DNA of 64,000 nucleotides. It comes from Lama glama (Eukaryota). The notes under the pieces were generated by a model. The model made no database searches and had not been told where the DNA came from. It worked only from the letters and a program-made list of their open reading frames with translations. The stretch covers positions 94,986,001 to 95,050,000 of the forward strand of contig CM052817.1 of assembly GCA_028534125.1 (NCBI GenBank), read 5' to 3'. A program made the position numbers and the translations under genes. Positions 1-11,199 of the stretch are shown one piece after another (position 1 is the stretch's first letter; every line of letters starts with the position of its first letter).

Positions 1-59
1 CAGAACAGAGAGAGAATGACAGAACTGAAGTAAGAGGAAAGAGAGAGGGGAGAATTTAC

Positions 60-235
60 GACCACCCTTGGTTTTTCTAGTCTAAGACACTGAGTGGAGA
101 CTGCTGTTATCTGCTGGATTCTGGAACACAAAAGGAGAGAGAGTTTCAGAGAGAAGATGGTTTGGTTTTTAGCTGGAGCCATCTAGATAGACATGCCTAG
201 TAGAGAACTGAATATCAAGCTATAAAGCTCCTCCT
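60..235. mobile_element. L2 LINE fragment (highly diverged)
   Basis: Resembles recalled L2 3' region (ccatctagatagacatgcctagtagagaactgaatatc...aaagctc). Boundaries approximate. Confidence 0.45.
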
Positions 236-877
236 TTGTGCCTTTTACGTTGCTTTCGCATCTGGAACCACCCCATCTCTCCTCCCTTACCTCGCCTAAG
301 TCTTACATTTTCATGATCATTTACACTTCCATGTTGCCTTTCTTCCCTGAGCTGCAGGCATTTAGAATTAGCACACCTCAATTAACATCATCATTTCTGT
401 TATCCACACTCCCCTCCCCGACACACACATTAATCTTGTGCCCTACGCTGAACTCTAAACTGCATGAGGACAAGACCTTATATGTCTTTAATATCTCCTA
501 TGGAACGTAGCGTACTGATAGGCAGAAACTTAAATTTAAAAAGTTAAAAATGAGTTAAAAAAAAGAACTAAAAATGCATCGGATGATTAACCACCTCAGT
601 GAAGAATAATAATTAATGACTATTATCCTAAGTAATGAAGGGGCATCATGTAAAAATCATTTAATAAAGGAATTTCTATTTATTTGGAGAGTGCATCTTG
701 TAAATTTTCTTTAAAATAGAACTTTTTCTTTTTTTTACCTTTTCAACATTTAAGATAATTCTTATTTTTTAAGCACTTATCTATTGGTGTGTATCATCAT
801 GACTGCATCTTTGTTCAATAAACATCTTTAACATTTTAAGCAGGCAGATGAATGTCAAATTGGCTTAAAAATTAGGC

Positions 878-1249
878 CATTAAAAATTAAAGGATATTAT
901 GCTAAGTGAAATAAGTCAGAAAAAGACAAATTCTATAGGACATCACTTATGTGTGGAATCTAAAAAATACAAAAAAACTAGTGAATATAATTAAAAAAAA
1001 GAAGCAGACTCACAGATATAGAGAACAAACTAGTTATTAGTTGGGAGAGGGAAAGGGGCCAATATAGAGGTAGGGGATTAAGAGGTACAAACAATTAGGT
1101 ATAAAATAAGCTACAGGGATGTGCTGTACAACATGGGGAATACAGCCAATATTCTATAATTGCTATAAGTGGAGTATAATCCTTAAAAACCGTGAATCAG
1201 TACACTGTACACGTGTAACTTACATAATATTGTACAACAACTACAATAA
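878..1249 (+). mobile_element. 5'-truncated L1 3' end
   Basis: L1 ORF2-end/3'UTR motifs (attatgctaagtgaaataagtcag, cacttatgtgtggaatctaaaa, tgtacaacatgggga). Near-TSD taaaaattaggc 866-877 / taaaagttaggc 1250-1261. Confidence 0.9.
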
Positions 1250-2399
1250 TAAAAGTTAGGCTGTAACAATCAAGAACACAGCATTCACAGTTTAGATAGT
1301 CAATTATTTCCATGGTTTCTTTCCAAGAAGACACCAGTCAAAAAAAAAAAATGTCACAAATATCAAAACACCAAGAAATGCTAAGTATTTTCTAAAGACG
1401 TCATTATGATTCTTTATGTACTTTACATCAAGTCATTGCCCTGTTTATAAGAAGACAAGCGAAGGTGCAGTTGGCTAAGCTCAAACTAACACTTTTTTAT
1501 TTTGGAGGCAAGAATAGAAGACAAGTCTCTGACTTTCAGACCAGAGCTCTAAGACCAACTAAGTATAAACTCCTAACCAGCTGCTGGGTCCCAGTAGGGC
1601 AGGAATAAACGGTAGAGTTGGGGCAGCTAAAATTAAAGGGAACGTTTTAAAATCTGTAGTTCCTTTTTTAAAGGTAGGCTTTGAAAAACTTCATTTTGTG
1701 AGGTATTCAATGGGGACCTGGAAAACTGCTCTTAGCATTTTAACATAAATTAAAAATCATTTAAGCAGACCTCTATTCAGCTCTTGCCAACTGCACATTT
1801 ATTTTTCTGGTCAAGGAGGCTTTGCTGTTGCAAACGAAAGGGAAATGAAGGCATTAGAGCTTGGGTATATCAGTTAAAGGAAAAAAAAGAAAGTGAATGT
1901 GGATGTTGGATTAACTTCTCTCATAGTCACAATTCCATTTATCTGGGCAAGAAATTCACCCTCTTCCCCCCACCCACCCCAGTGCTCTTGAAAACATTCT
2001 CTGAAAACTTAGGTGGCTGTGTAGAATCTGGACTTACTGCAGGTGTTCCTTAAAAGCTAGTTAGCCCTCCAGAGAGCCATGAAAATAAAACAGCTCCAGA
2101 CCTAATGAGAACTCAGTAAGCAAGGCAGTCAGTTGGAAGAGCTAAGCTGGGAGGGTGGCTGTTTCCACTGCACCTGTATTGAGAGATGGGTGACCTCCAA
2201 GGAGCCTGGAAGCTTAGTTCCATTTTGGACCCGCAACCTCAAGAGTGGAGGATGGGAAATGGGGTAATGAAGGATAAAACACTACTTGCTAATTCTAAAC
2301 ATATGCAGACTGCACGTTTGGTGAGTTGAGGTTGGCAGAGGGTAAAACCAAATCTCACTGAACCCCTTTCCTCAGTGGCAGCTCTACTTGTTGATTTTT

Positions 2400-2860
2400 C
2401 CACGGGCACCCATTTTCCTGGTTCGGGAACAACAGAGGGCAGTCATCGCTCATGTCTGAATATAACTCTTGACATCCATGTTTTCGTACAGAGATCATCT
2501 TCCGTGAGCCTGCAAAACATCCGCCTCACTCAGGCAGAGGCTGGAGAGATTTATATACCCGCAGTCTGGCGGATTCCTAGTCACCACAGACTGCGCCTCT
2601 CCCTTTCCTTCTTGGCTTCCTCCGCTTCCCAAGGCACAAGCAGCAGCTGAGTAGAATATGGCACAAGAGGTTTCTTCTCCACCCATTTTTCCCTATTAAT
2701 AGGACATGGCAGAAGAAAAACCCTGTGACTGTCAAGTCAACAGCTAACTCAACTGAAGACGGCCCAAGTGGCATCAAAATCAATCAGTAGTCTCTTCCAT
2801 CAGAAGGAGGAAGGGGAGCTGGGGGGTGGGGGGGATGTCACCAGTGACTCATCATGGAGC
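2400..2860 (-). promoter_or_regulatory. Candidate promoter/enhancer with TATA, E-box, MEF2, G-rich and AP-1 motifs
   Basis: Minus-strand TATATAAA (2550-2557), CAGCTG (2644-2649), CTATTAATAG matching MEF2 consensus CTA(A/T)4TAG (2693-2702), G-run (2821-2834), TGACTCA (2845-2851). Several CpGs retained in non-repeat DNA. Confidence 0.35.
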
Positions 2861-3240
2861 TTGAGAATAACACACACCAGGAAGCTGCAGGGACTGCAGG
2901 AACTGAGAAGATGGGGTACATTCTATCATAACTAATATAGGCAAAAAGCTTCTTTTTCACCTTATTTAAGTTAGGACTAGCTAGAAAGTAAAGCAAATTT
3001 GTGACTCTTTTATTAACTTTTTCTTAAGCTTCAAGTATTTCCTATAGCAAAGCCTTATTCTTAAAAAATAAACTCTAAGGGAATAAGGTCCCTTACTCAG
3101 CCCCACGTGTCTCCGGTTGATCTTACCCCAGTAAGTTGTGAGAGAATCCAACCCACTGACTGTAGCCCCACTTAAATTCTTATAAACTTTGTCCTCTTTG
3201 AAAGTACAGATCTGAGATATTGTTCAATTTGAGCAGTCTA

Positions 3241-3370
3241 GGAGGAGAGTAGAGCTCAGTGGTGGAGCGCATGTTTAGCATGCACAAGGTCCTGGGTTCA
3301 ATCCCCAGTCCCTCCATTAAAACAAACAAGCAAACCCCAATTGCTTCCCCCCTCCTTCCCCCACAAAAAC
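3241..3370 (+). mobile_element. tRNA-derived SINE (camelid Vic-1-like)
   Basis: Pol III A box (gagctcagtgg) and B box (ggttcaatccc), body gcatgtttagcatgcacaaggtcctg, A-rich tail. 16-bp TSD caatttgagcagtcta 3225-3240 / caatttgagtagtcta 3371-3386. Confidence 0.92.
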
Positions 3371-4379
3371 CAATTTGAGTAGTCTACACTTCCCTTGAAA
3401 TGTGGCAACCATCTTCATCTTGATATTCAGCACAGTATCTACCAGAGCGTTTGTGAATGTATTTCAGCTGGTCAACAAATATTTGAGTAATACATGCTGT
3501 CTAAAATACTTCACTAGTATTACATGAGATGTAATGGTGACTAAGAAATGACCCCTATTCCCAAGACCTTTGTACTGTAGAAGAAGGTAATTGGTGGTGG
3601 ACGAATATCACAGGAGTGCCAGGTGAAGTAAGAGGAGTCCCGTGAGAGAAGCACAAAATGTGACGGAACTTTGAAGGAGGGAGGAAGCTCCTCCTTCTGG
3701 GGGTATGTACGAAGCCTAACTAGAGGCAACGGTGTTTGAGGCAGCACTGACAGATCAACAGGATCTCAACAGGCAAACCTTTGAAGCTGTGTACCTAGGT
3801 TTTCACTTTGCCTGATAGGAAAGACAGAGAGAGGTGTGGACGCTGCATCTGTTCATGGGCAATGGAATATTGTCAGGCCAGATGGTCATGGAAGGAAGAG
3901 GAGCAAAATTAGGCAACTGGTTATGAGCAGATCTGGAGGCAAGGCCTGTGGATGGACTCCTCAAAATGGCAGCGAATGGAAGAATGTGTTCCACTGAATG
4001 TTCATTAAGACAGAAACTTTATGTTCCCAACAAGGTAGGTGAAAGTTGGCTTCCACACACATTCGGACCCCAGAATGGAATGTGGGCAGAAGTGTTAATT
4101 CATCTAGCATACAGGACTCACCCAGGAGAAGCCTGCCTAGTCAAGAAGATGAAACCTGTTCTGTGAACTTCAGTCGGCCTCTTCCCTGCTCCCCTAGAGC
4201 TTCACCAGCCCTGACAGCAGAGATGAAAGCGATGCAGAGTTCAGCACGTGGACTTTCTCTCTCAGGAGCAGAAAATGCTACTGCTGAATGCCTGCTTGCC
4301 TCAGGGAACCCAGAAAACTTTTTTTAATGCATATATATGTATAGGTAGATACAGGTATATGAGAATATGTATAAACTCA

Positions 4380-6650
4380 AAGAGATCTGAAAATATTTCC
4401 TCCATAAAATAAAACATGTATGTATGAAAAATAATATGACATTTTAGAAATAATTAGAAATTTAAGATATAACTATTGATTTTAATAATTCAATATATAG
4501 GCTGAATAGGAGAATGGACATAGAGGAACATTAAATCAAATATTTTAGCTGCAAGATTGAAACAAAAGATTAACCCAAAACACAGTACTATAGCACTGTA
4601 CTGTATGTGAGTAGAAAAAATGGAGACATGGAAAATAGATGTAGGAGTTCCAACACATGTCAAATAGAATTCCAGAAGAAATAGAGAACAGAAAGAGTTA
4701 AGTTATTAAAAACAAAAGAAGAAAACTACCCAAAGTAATGAATTCACAGATTTCAAAGTTTTAGAAGTAATGAAGAAATATACCTTAAATACATTCTGGT
4801 GAAATTTCAGATCTCCAAGCATGAAGAATAAATCCTAGAAATGTTCAGAGAAGAATAAGGAGTTGTTCACAAAGAAATAAGAATCAGATTGGTATCCATT
4901 TTCTTATCACCAACACTAGATCCTGGAAGACAACAGCAGGAAATTAGAAAGAAAAAGGGAAAATGCATAGTAAATATAATAGAAACAATAAATTCAAATA
5001 TATTATTAATCATAACATAAAAAAGATAGCAAAGCTCAGGTTGCACAGACAGAAGGCAGGAACCATGATTATAAGAGATATTTATACAATAAAATGACAC
5101 AGAAAGATACACTGCAAAGAACTAGAAAGACACACTGGAAAAATAACTATGCAGTATTAATATCAATATCAAAACCAGAAATAAGATGAAAAGAATTAAG
5201 AAGAACATTTATATTGATATTGGCATAAATTATATTGACACACTTGCAGAATCTACTAATAATGCAAACAAGGAAAAAAAAATCTACATTTTGGGGGGAG
5301 GATCCTGAGACTAAATGAGCTAAGAATCAACTCAAGAAACTAAAGAGAGAGAGAAAGACCGAGAGAGGGAGAGGAAGAATACTTGAATAAGCTAAAAAAA
5401 TAAATTAATAAACATGAAAGTAGAAAACAAAAATAAAGTAGCTGATTAATCAAATGAAAACCTAGTTTTTTTGATAAGTGTTCTTTAAAAAGAGCAGCTG
5501 AATAAACAGACTTTTCAAATGTGATCATGATAAAGGAAGGAAGATAATATAATCAACATTAGGATTGAGAAAGAAAAGATGTGGAAAAAACATTAATTAT
5601 AAGCAAATCAAATACAAAGTAATACCAAACAAATCTGAGAATTAGTTGAAATAGATTATTCTATAGGCAAGACTGAACAGCCAAAATTGAGTCAAAAAGG
5701 AACTGAAATCCTAAAAAGACCAATAAAAGAAATTTAGGGGAAATAAAAACCCTAAAAAGGGCACAATGCCCAGACAATCTTCTGGGCACATTGTATTAAA
5801 CCAGCAAAGAACACATAATTCCTGTATTATTTACATTGTTAAAGAACATAATAAAAGATGGAAAGTTTTCAGTTCATCCTACAAATATAGCATAACACCG
5901 AGTCATAAGCAGATAAAAATAGAGGGGAAGAAATCACCCACAGTCAAAACAAGAAACCCAAAGACAAATAGAGGCAAAAATCCCAAACAGAATATTAGGA
6001 AATTTAACTCAAGACTACATACAGAGCGTTACATCACGAACTAGTAGTCTTTTTCACAGAAATGCTAGGATAGTTTAACATTAGTCTGTATTTTAATGTA
6101 ATTCACTATGCTAAGAGCTTAAAAGAGAAAAATTGTATCATGATCTCAGTACATATGAAAAGGCATTTGCTAAAATTGGCAATTACTCCAGACAAGAAAA
6201 GTTTTCAGCAATTTGATAAGAATATACTACCAGAAACCTACATGACACCTTAGGTGAAACATAAAGAGCATAAAAAATAAATTCAGATTTAAAAAAAAAG
6301 AATGACAATACCCAGTAAAGATGTGGAGAAATGTATATTGTGCACAGTCTGTCAGCATACACTCTGCCACTATAGTGAGAAAATAAATTATCATGAACTT
6401 TCTGGAGAGCATGTTGGCACTAAGTACGAAATTTTCAAATGCTCCTGTCACTTAGCCCAACAATTCCTCCTCTGAGAAATTATTTTGAGGAAAACAACAG
6501 GGCAGTTATGCTAAGTTTTCCCTAAAAGGATGTTCACAGCATCGTTCTGTAGAATATTGGAACACTCTGACTTTTTATGTACATTAAAATGGGAATGACT
6601 GAGTAGATTCTGTGCTTCCATACAATGCAATATACCTGCAGGCTTTTAAA
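4380..6650 (+). mobile_element. Old degraded L1 (L1M/L1ME-type) ORF1-ORF2 remnant
   Basis: Long A-rich plus-strand stretch with diverged L1 motifs (aagaatcagattggtatcc, catgatctcagtacatatgaaaaggcatttg, aactttctggagagcatgttggc, cccaacaattcctcctctgagaaat). Confidence 0.75.
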
Positions 6651-6663
6651 ATACTAGTATAAA

Positions 6664-7322
6664 GTAGTGGTTTTCAAATCATGCTTTTGGGAGTCTATGT
6701 CAGTGTCTCAGGGCTGTCATAGCAAAGTACCAAAAACTGGGTGCATTTAGAGCATCAGAAATTTACTGCCTCACAGCTCTGTAGTAGAAATCTTAGACCA
6801 AGGTGTCTGCAGGGTGAGTTCCCTCTGAGGTTGGGAGGGAGACTCTCTCCCGTGCTTCTCTCCTTGTGTCTTGTTTTGTTGGCCATGTTTGGGGTTCCTT
6901 GGCTTATAGATTCATCACCCTGATCTCTGCCTTCATCTCCACATGGTGTTCTCTGTGTCTGTATTTGTGTCCATATTTACCTTTTTCACAAGGACACTTG
7001 TCATGTTGGGTTAGAGCCCACCCTGACGACCTCATCTTAACTTGAGCATCTGCAAAGTCTATTTCCAGATGAGGCCACATGCACAGGTACTGGGGGTTAG
7101 GACTTACACATTCTGGGGGGATACAGTTCAACCCACAACAGAGTCTTAGGGTTTCTAAGGAGTGCCTCAAAAACTACTACAGAGGTACTGCTGGTCCTGA
7201 GCTGGTGAATTCTGGGGTTCTTTTGCCTACTTCAACTAGAAAATTATCAGTTTTTATAAATTCATATTCTGAGAGTTCCTATGAAGGAAGAGTCCACCAC
7301 TTCAAAATATTTAAAAGCTACC
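6664..7322. mobile_element. hAT-Charlie MITE (MER112/MER103-like) split by an MLT1 insertion
   Basis: Terminus tagtggttttcaaa at ~6665. The element resumes after the LTR (gagtcttagggtttc...gtgcctca) and ends ...atttaaaagcta. Confidence 0.5.
6696..7140 (-). mobile_element. MaLR solo LTR (MLT1C-like)
   Basis: Minus strand starts tgttgtgggttgaactgtatccccccag. Perfect 5-bp TSD gagtc at 6691-6695 and 7141-7145. Confidence 0.9.
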
Positions 7323-7784
7323 AAAATAAAACTATATTTATTTTTGTCCCAGTATATTGTTAATTGAGAAAAGCAGTTCAAGCATGTGAACATGTTCCCA
7401 GTTCTGTAAAAATACAAAAATCCCTATCCATATTCATATCTATAGTGTTTATGTTTAGATTTATATTATTTTAGATATAACATAACCCAAAATATCCAGA
7501 GTGCTAACAGGCTCCAATTTTATAAGTGTCCTTTATATTTGTCTTCATGCTTTTCTTTATGTCTAATATTTTTACAATGACATATCTTTGTAATAAAAAA
7601 AGACTAACTATTTTTTAAAGAGGGAAAGAGATCACTTATGACATTTGGTAAATAACATGTTGGTGGATTGACTGATAATAGTTTTATCTATTTAGCTTGG
7701 CTTATAAGAATTTCAAACCAAGACAATTTGGATGACTACCCAGTTCTCTTCAAAACATCAGTCCCCATTGAAAAAGTTGAGTCT

Positions 7785-8372
7785 GCAAACCTAAGTGTCT
7801 ATCAGGGGATGAACAGATAAACAAAACATCGTATTTCTATACAATGATGTATTACTCGGTCTTTAAAAGGAACGAAATTCTGACACGTTACAACATGGAT
7901 GAGCCTTGAAGACATGATGCTAAGTGAAATAAGCCCGATACAAAAGGACAAATACTGTATGATTCCACTCATGTGATGTCCTTAGAGCAATCAAATTCAT
8001 AAAGACAGAAAGCAGAATGGTGGTTGCCAGGGGCTGAGGAGAGGGAGGAATGAGGAGGAATTGTTTAGTCAGTACAGAGTCTGTTTTGCAAGATGGAAAA
8101 AAGCTCTGGAGATGGACGATGGTGATGGTTGCACTACCATGTAAATGTACTTAATTCTACTGAACTGTACACTTTAAAATGGTAACACAGAATGGGTGTG
8201 GGTACAGCTCAGTGGCAGAGCACATGCTTAGCATGCACAAGGTTCTGGATTCAATCCCCAGTACTTCCATTAACAATGAACAACAACAACAAAGGTAAAA
8301 TGGAAAATTGTAATGTTATGTGTATTTTACCACAATTAACATTGTAAATCAACTACACTTCAATAAAAAAAC
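7785..8372 (+). mobile_element. L1MB-type 3' end, interrupted by a SINE
   Basis: aaacctaagtgtctatcaggggatgaacagataaac, acaacatggatgagccttgaagacatgatgctaagtgaaataag, actgaactgtacactttaaaatggt. Confidence 0.85.
8193..8293 (+). mobile_element. tRNA-derived SINE (Vic-1-like)
   Basis: gggtacagctcagtggcagagcacatgcttagcatgcacaaggttctggattcaatcccc followed by a (caa)n tail. Confidence 0.88.
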
Positions 8373-8464
8373 AAAATTATAAGTAAATAAATAATTTTGA
8401 AAACTAAATATAAAAGAAATAGAAACGCCAAGCCCTTTAAGTTAGTGTGTATCTATCTGACATT

Positions 8465-8893
8465 CATTTTTTTAAATTTTTTATTGATTTATAATCATTT
8501 TACAATGTTGTGTCAAATTCCAGTGTAGAGCACTATTTTTCAGTTATACATGAACATATATATATTCATTGTCACATTTTTTTCGCTGTGAGCTACCATA
8601 AGATCTTGTGTATATTTCCCGGTGCTATACAGTATAATCTTGCTTATATATTCTACAATTTTGAAATCCCGTCTATCCCTTCCCACCCTCTGCCCCCTTG
8701 GTAACCACAAGTCTGTATTCTATGTCTATGAGTCTATTTCTCTATTGTATTTATGCTTTGTTTTTTTGTTTTTGTTTTTGTTTTTGTTTTAGATTCCACA
8801 TATGAGCGATCTCATATGGTATTTATCTTTCTCTTTCTGGTTTACTTCACTTAGAATGACATTCTCCAGGAGCATCCATGTTGCTGCAAATGT
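8465..8893 (-). mobile_element. Young lineage-specific L1 3' end (5'-truncated)
   Basis: T-rich tail at left, L1 ORF2 end. Near-identical to the copy at 28146-28825. Approximate TSD tgacatt(c/g)attt at ~8458 and ~8894. Confidence 0.92.
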
Positions 8894-10180
8894 TGACATT
8901 GATTTTAAATTTCTTAAGCTCATTTATTTGTTATTTAAAATTAACAAATTAATCATAATCATAATCATCATTTTCATTATTATTATCATCATCAGACTGA
9001 CCAGGAAACCAGTTCTATACTTTATTCTAAAGATAGTTTCTCATTTCGTCACACAAGCAGCATAAATATTTTTGGTGAAAAACACTAAGAAGAGCATTGA
9101 GAAAGTCCTTAATCAGAATCCTGAAATGGACTTACCTAAACTGCACATCCCCTCCCTTGCCCCCGGGTGAAACCTCTCCCCAGCTCAGCACCATCCACCT
9201 CCTAGCCAGAAGAAGACTGAACGAGATAATCAGAAAAACCACCCAAGGAAAGAAGAAAGGAGAATCAGTTACATATTCAACAAGGCAGGGAACAAGAAAA
9301 CGCATATCTGTCCTAGTTCTCCAGTTTCACCACAAAGGCTCAGCACTGGAGATGCTTGTGAACGTCTCTTCAAAGTCTAAATCCACAGCCTCTCCATGCT
9401 GCAGGAGGTTACCAGCATCTGAAGAAAAACAACCACTACCAGAAAAGCTCTTCTTTATTTTCATTCTTTGCAGTCCTTCAGGAAACTCTTGATAATGTGA
9501 AATGTTATTACTGCAAATGTTGGCCCAGGCAAGTTTACTCTAGAGTCTGACTATCACTGACTGTTCACAAAATAAAATCATTTTTAAAGCCTGCGAGGAG
9601 AGAGCCAAGTGCAAACCACAAATCAGAAAACCACCAAGGCGGGCTGGCCTCGCTGCCAGAGTTTAATGTGATCTAATGGGAGGACAAGAAGATGTGAGAA
9701 TTTGATTTTACGATGCTCCACGTAACATCTGGCAATACAAAGGGGTTGGCCCAACTGCGCCATCCTAAAGAAAACATTTGAAGTAATGTTTTACTTTCTC
9801 ATCAGTTTTAATTCTGTCGACCAGGGCATAGAGACTCAGCCTGCCCTACTCATTTTAAAAGTGCCGTCTACTTTGGGTGGTTATAGATTTGCTTCATATC
9901 GATTCATAGAAAATGAAGATGGGCAGGTGGGGAAGGGGCCAGGAAAATAGGATGAAGCTATTTAGTGGCAGGGAATCAACTGGATTGCAGCTCTGTTCTG
10001 CGTTTGTGATTTATTCCACGGGTGGGAGGGCAGGAGATAGGGCTCACTGAAGAACATTCTTTCACAAGGAAAAACTAACCCCAGTGAGAGAGAGTCAGAT
10101 CTGGGTTGGATCAGTTTGCCCAGTCTCACACCAAATGGGATTGGAACTCAAGTGTAGCTCTATTTCCCACCACTCGCGAG

Positions 10181-10240
10181 AAAAAAAAAAAAAAAAAAAA
10201 GAGAGAGAGGGAGGGAGGGAGGGAGGAAGGAAGGAAGGAA
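10181..10240 (+). repeat. Polypurine simple repeat: A20-(GA)n-(GGGA)n-(GGAA)n
   Basis: Read directly from the sequence. Confidence 0.95.
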
Positions 10241-10784
10241 ATGGTAGCAACATTGAAACTCTTTGCACATGGCAAATTAACAACCGATGGCCCTATGGAA
10301 TAAGAAGGGTCAGTAAGGAATCCCATTTAAGGCGCATAAACGGTAAAAAAATAAGTGAAAGTAACATTTCATGCCGCTCTTTTTTTATTGCCAGGACAAT
10401 AGAAGGAGAATCAGATCTCTTTCCCTCTTCTTACAGAATAATGCATTCCAAACAATGCCAAATTCTTACTTACATCGTCATTTTATAGTAATTACAACAT
10501 CGACTCTGTGAAGAAATGTGAAACCCGGAGAGTCGAGTTTCTTAATGTGATAGTTCGCTAAGTGAAGGCAACACACCCCAGAATGCAGGGAGAAATATTA
10601 GGACTTCTATTTGTATTGACTTTTAATCTAGACAGTAAGAAAGTAAGCCTCACTCACAGTTAAAACCGAGTACCATCAGTTGGTGCAGAGACAGACGGTC
10701 CCATATCCCCCATGCGCTGTGAGTCTTCCTGGAGGAAGGCTCGGAGCTCAGCAGTGCTGAGGGCGTGACAAGGCTGCCTTAGTT

Positions 10785-11180
10785 CAGCGAGACTGGGCTG
10801 CAGTAGTAGTAGACCCAACATATAATGGCGCAGCACAACAGAAGTTTGTTTCTAGCTCAGGTAGCCCTTTTGGTAATCAGATCAGCAGAACAGCTCAAGT
10901 CATTCAGGCAATCAGGATAATGAAGCTTCGCCAGCTCCTCAAGGTCAGCATAGCTACCTGCATCTCTTCCAGCCGGAAGAAGGACAGGAGGTGGAGAATC
11001 AGACCTAGTTGTTTTTTTATGGGTGGAGCCTAGAGGAGGCGGGCACTGTTGCAGCTCATCTGCCATTGGCTAGAACTTAGTCTTATAGCCACGCCTACCA
11101 CAGGGGAGGTGGGGAAATGCGCCCGTTTCCCAAGAAGAGGAAGAGGGAATCCTGGCGAAGAGCTCGCAGCCTCTAGCACA
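10785..11180 (-). mobile_element. Old MaLR LTR (MLT1K/L-like)
   Basis: aatggcgcagcacaacagaagtttgtttctagctc ... ccattggctagaacttagtcttatagccacgcctaccacaggggaggtggggaaatg. Confidence 0.7.
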
Positions 11181-11199
11181 GATGCCCTCATCTACTCAG

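Noticed and set aside
2692..2703. Possible CArG (SRF) box
   Set aside because: It has 8 A/T between CC and GG rather than 6, so it fits MEF2 instead.
3241..3312. Possible tRNA gene (A and B boxes); same for 8193, 11608 and 39265
   Set aside because: Diverged stems, A-rich tails and TSDs show these are SINE copies.
9097..9492. 131-aa plus-strand ORF
   Set aside because: Non-ATG start, no recognisable homology and no convincing splice context. Its length is compatible with chance.
10084..10488. 134-aa K/E/G-rich ORF
   Set aside because: It stays open because it crosses a polyA/(GGGA)n simple repeat.
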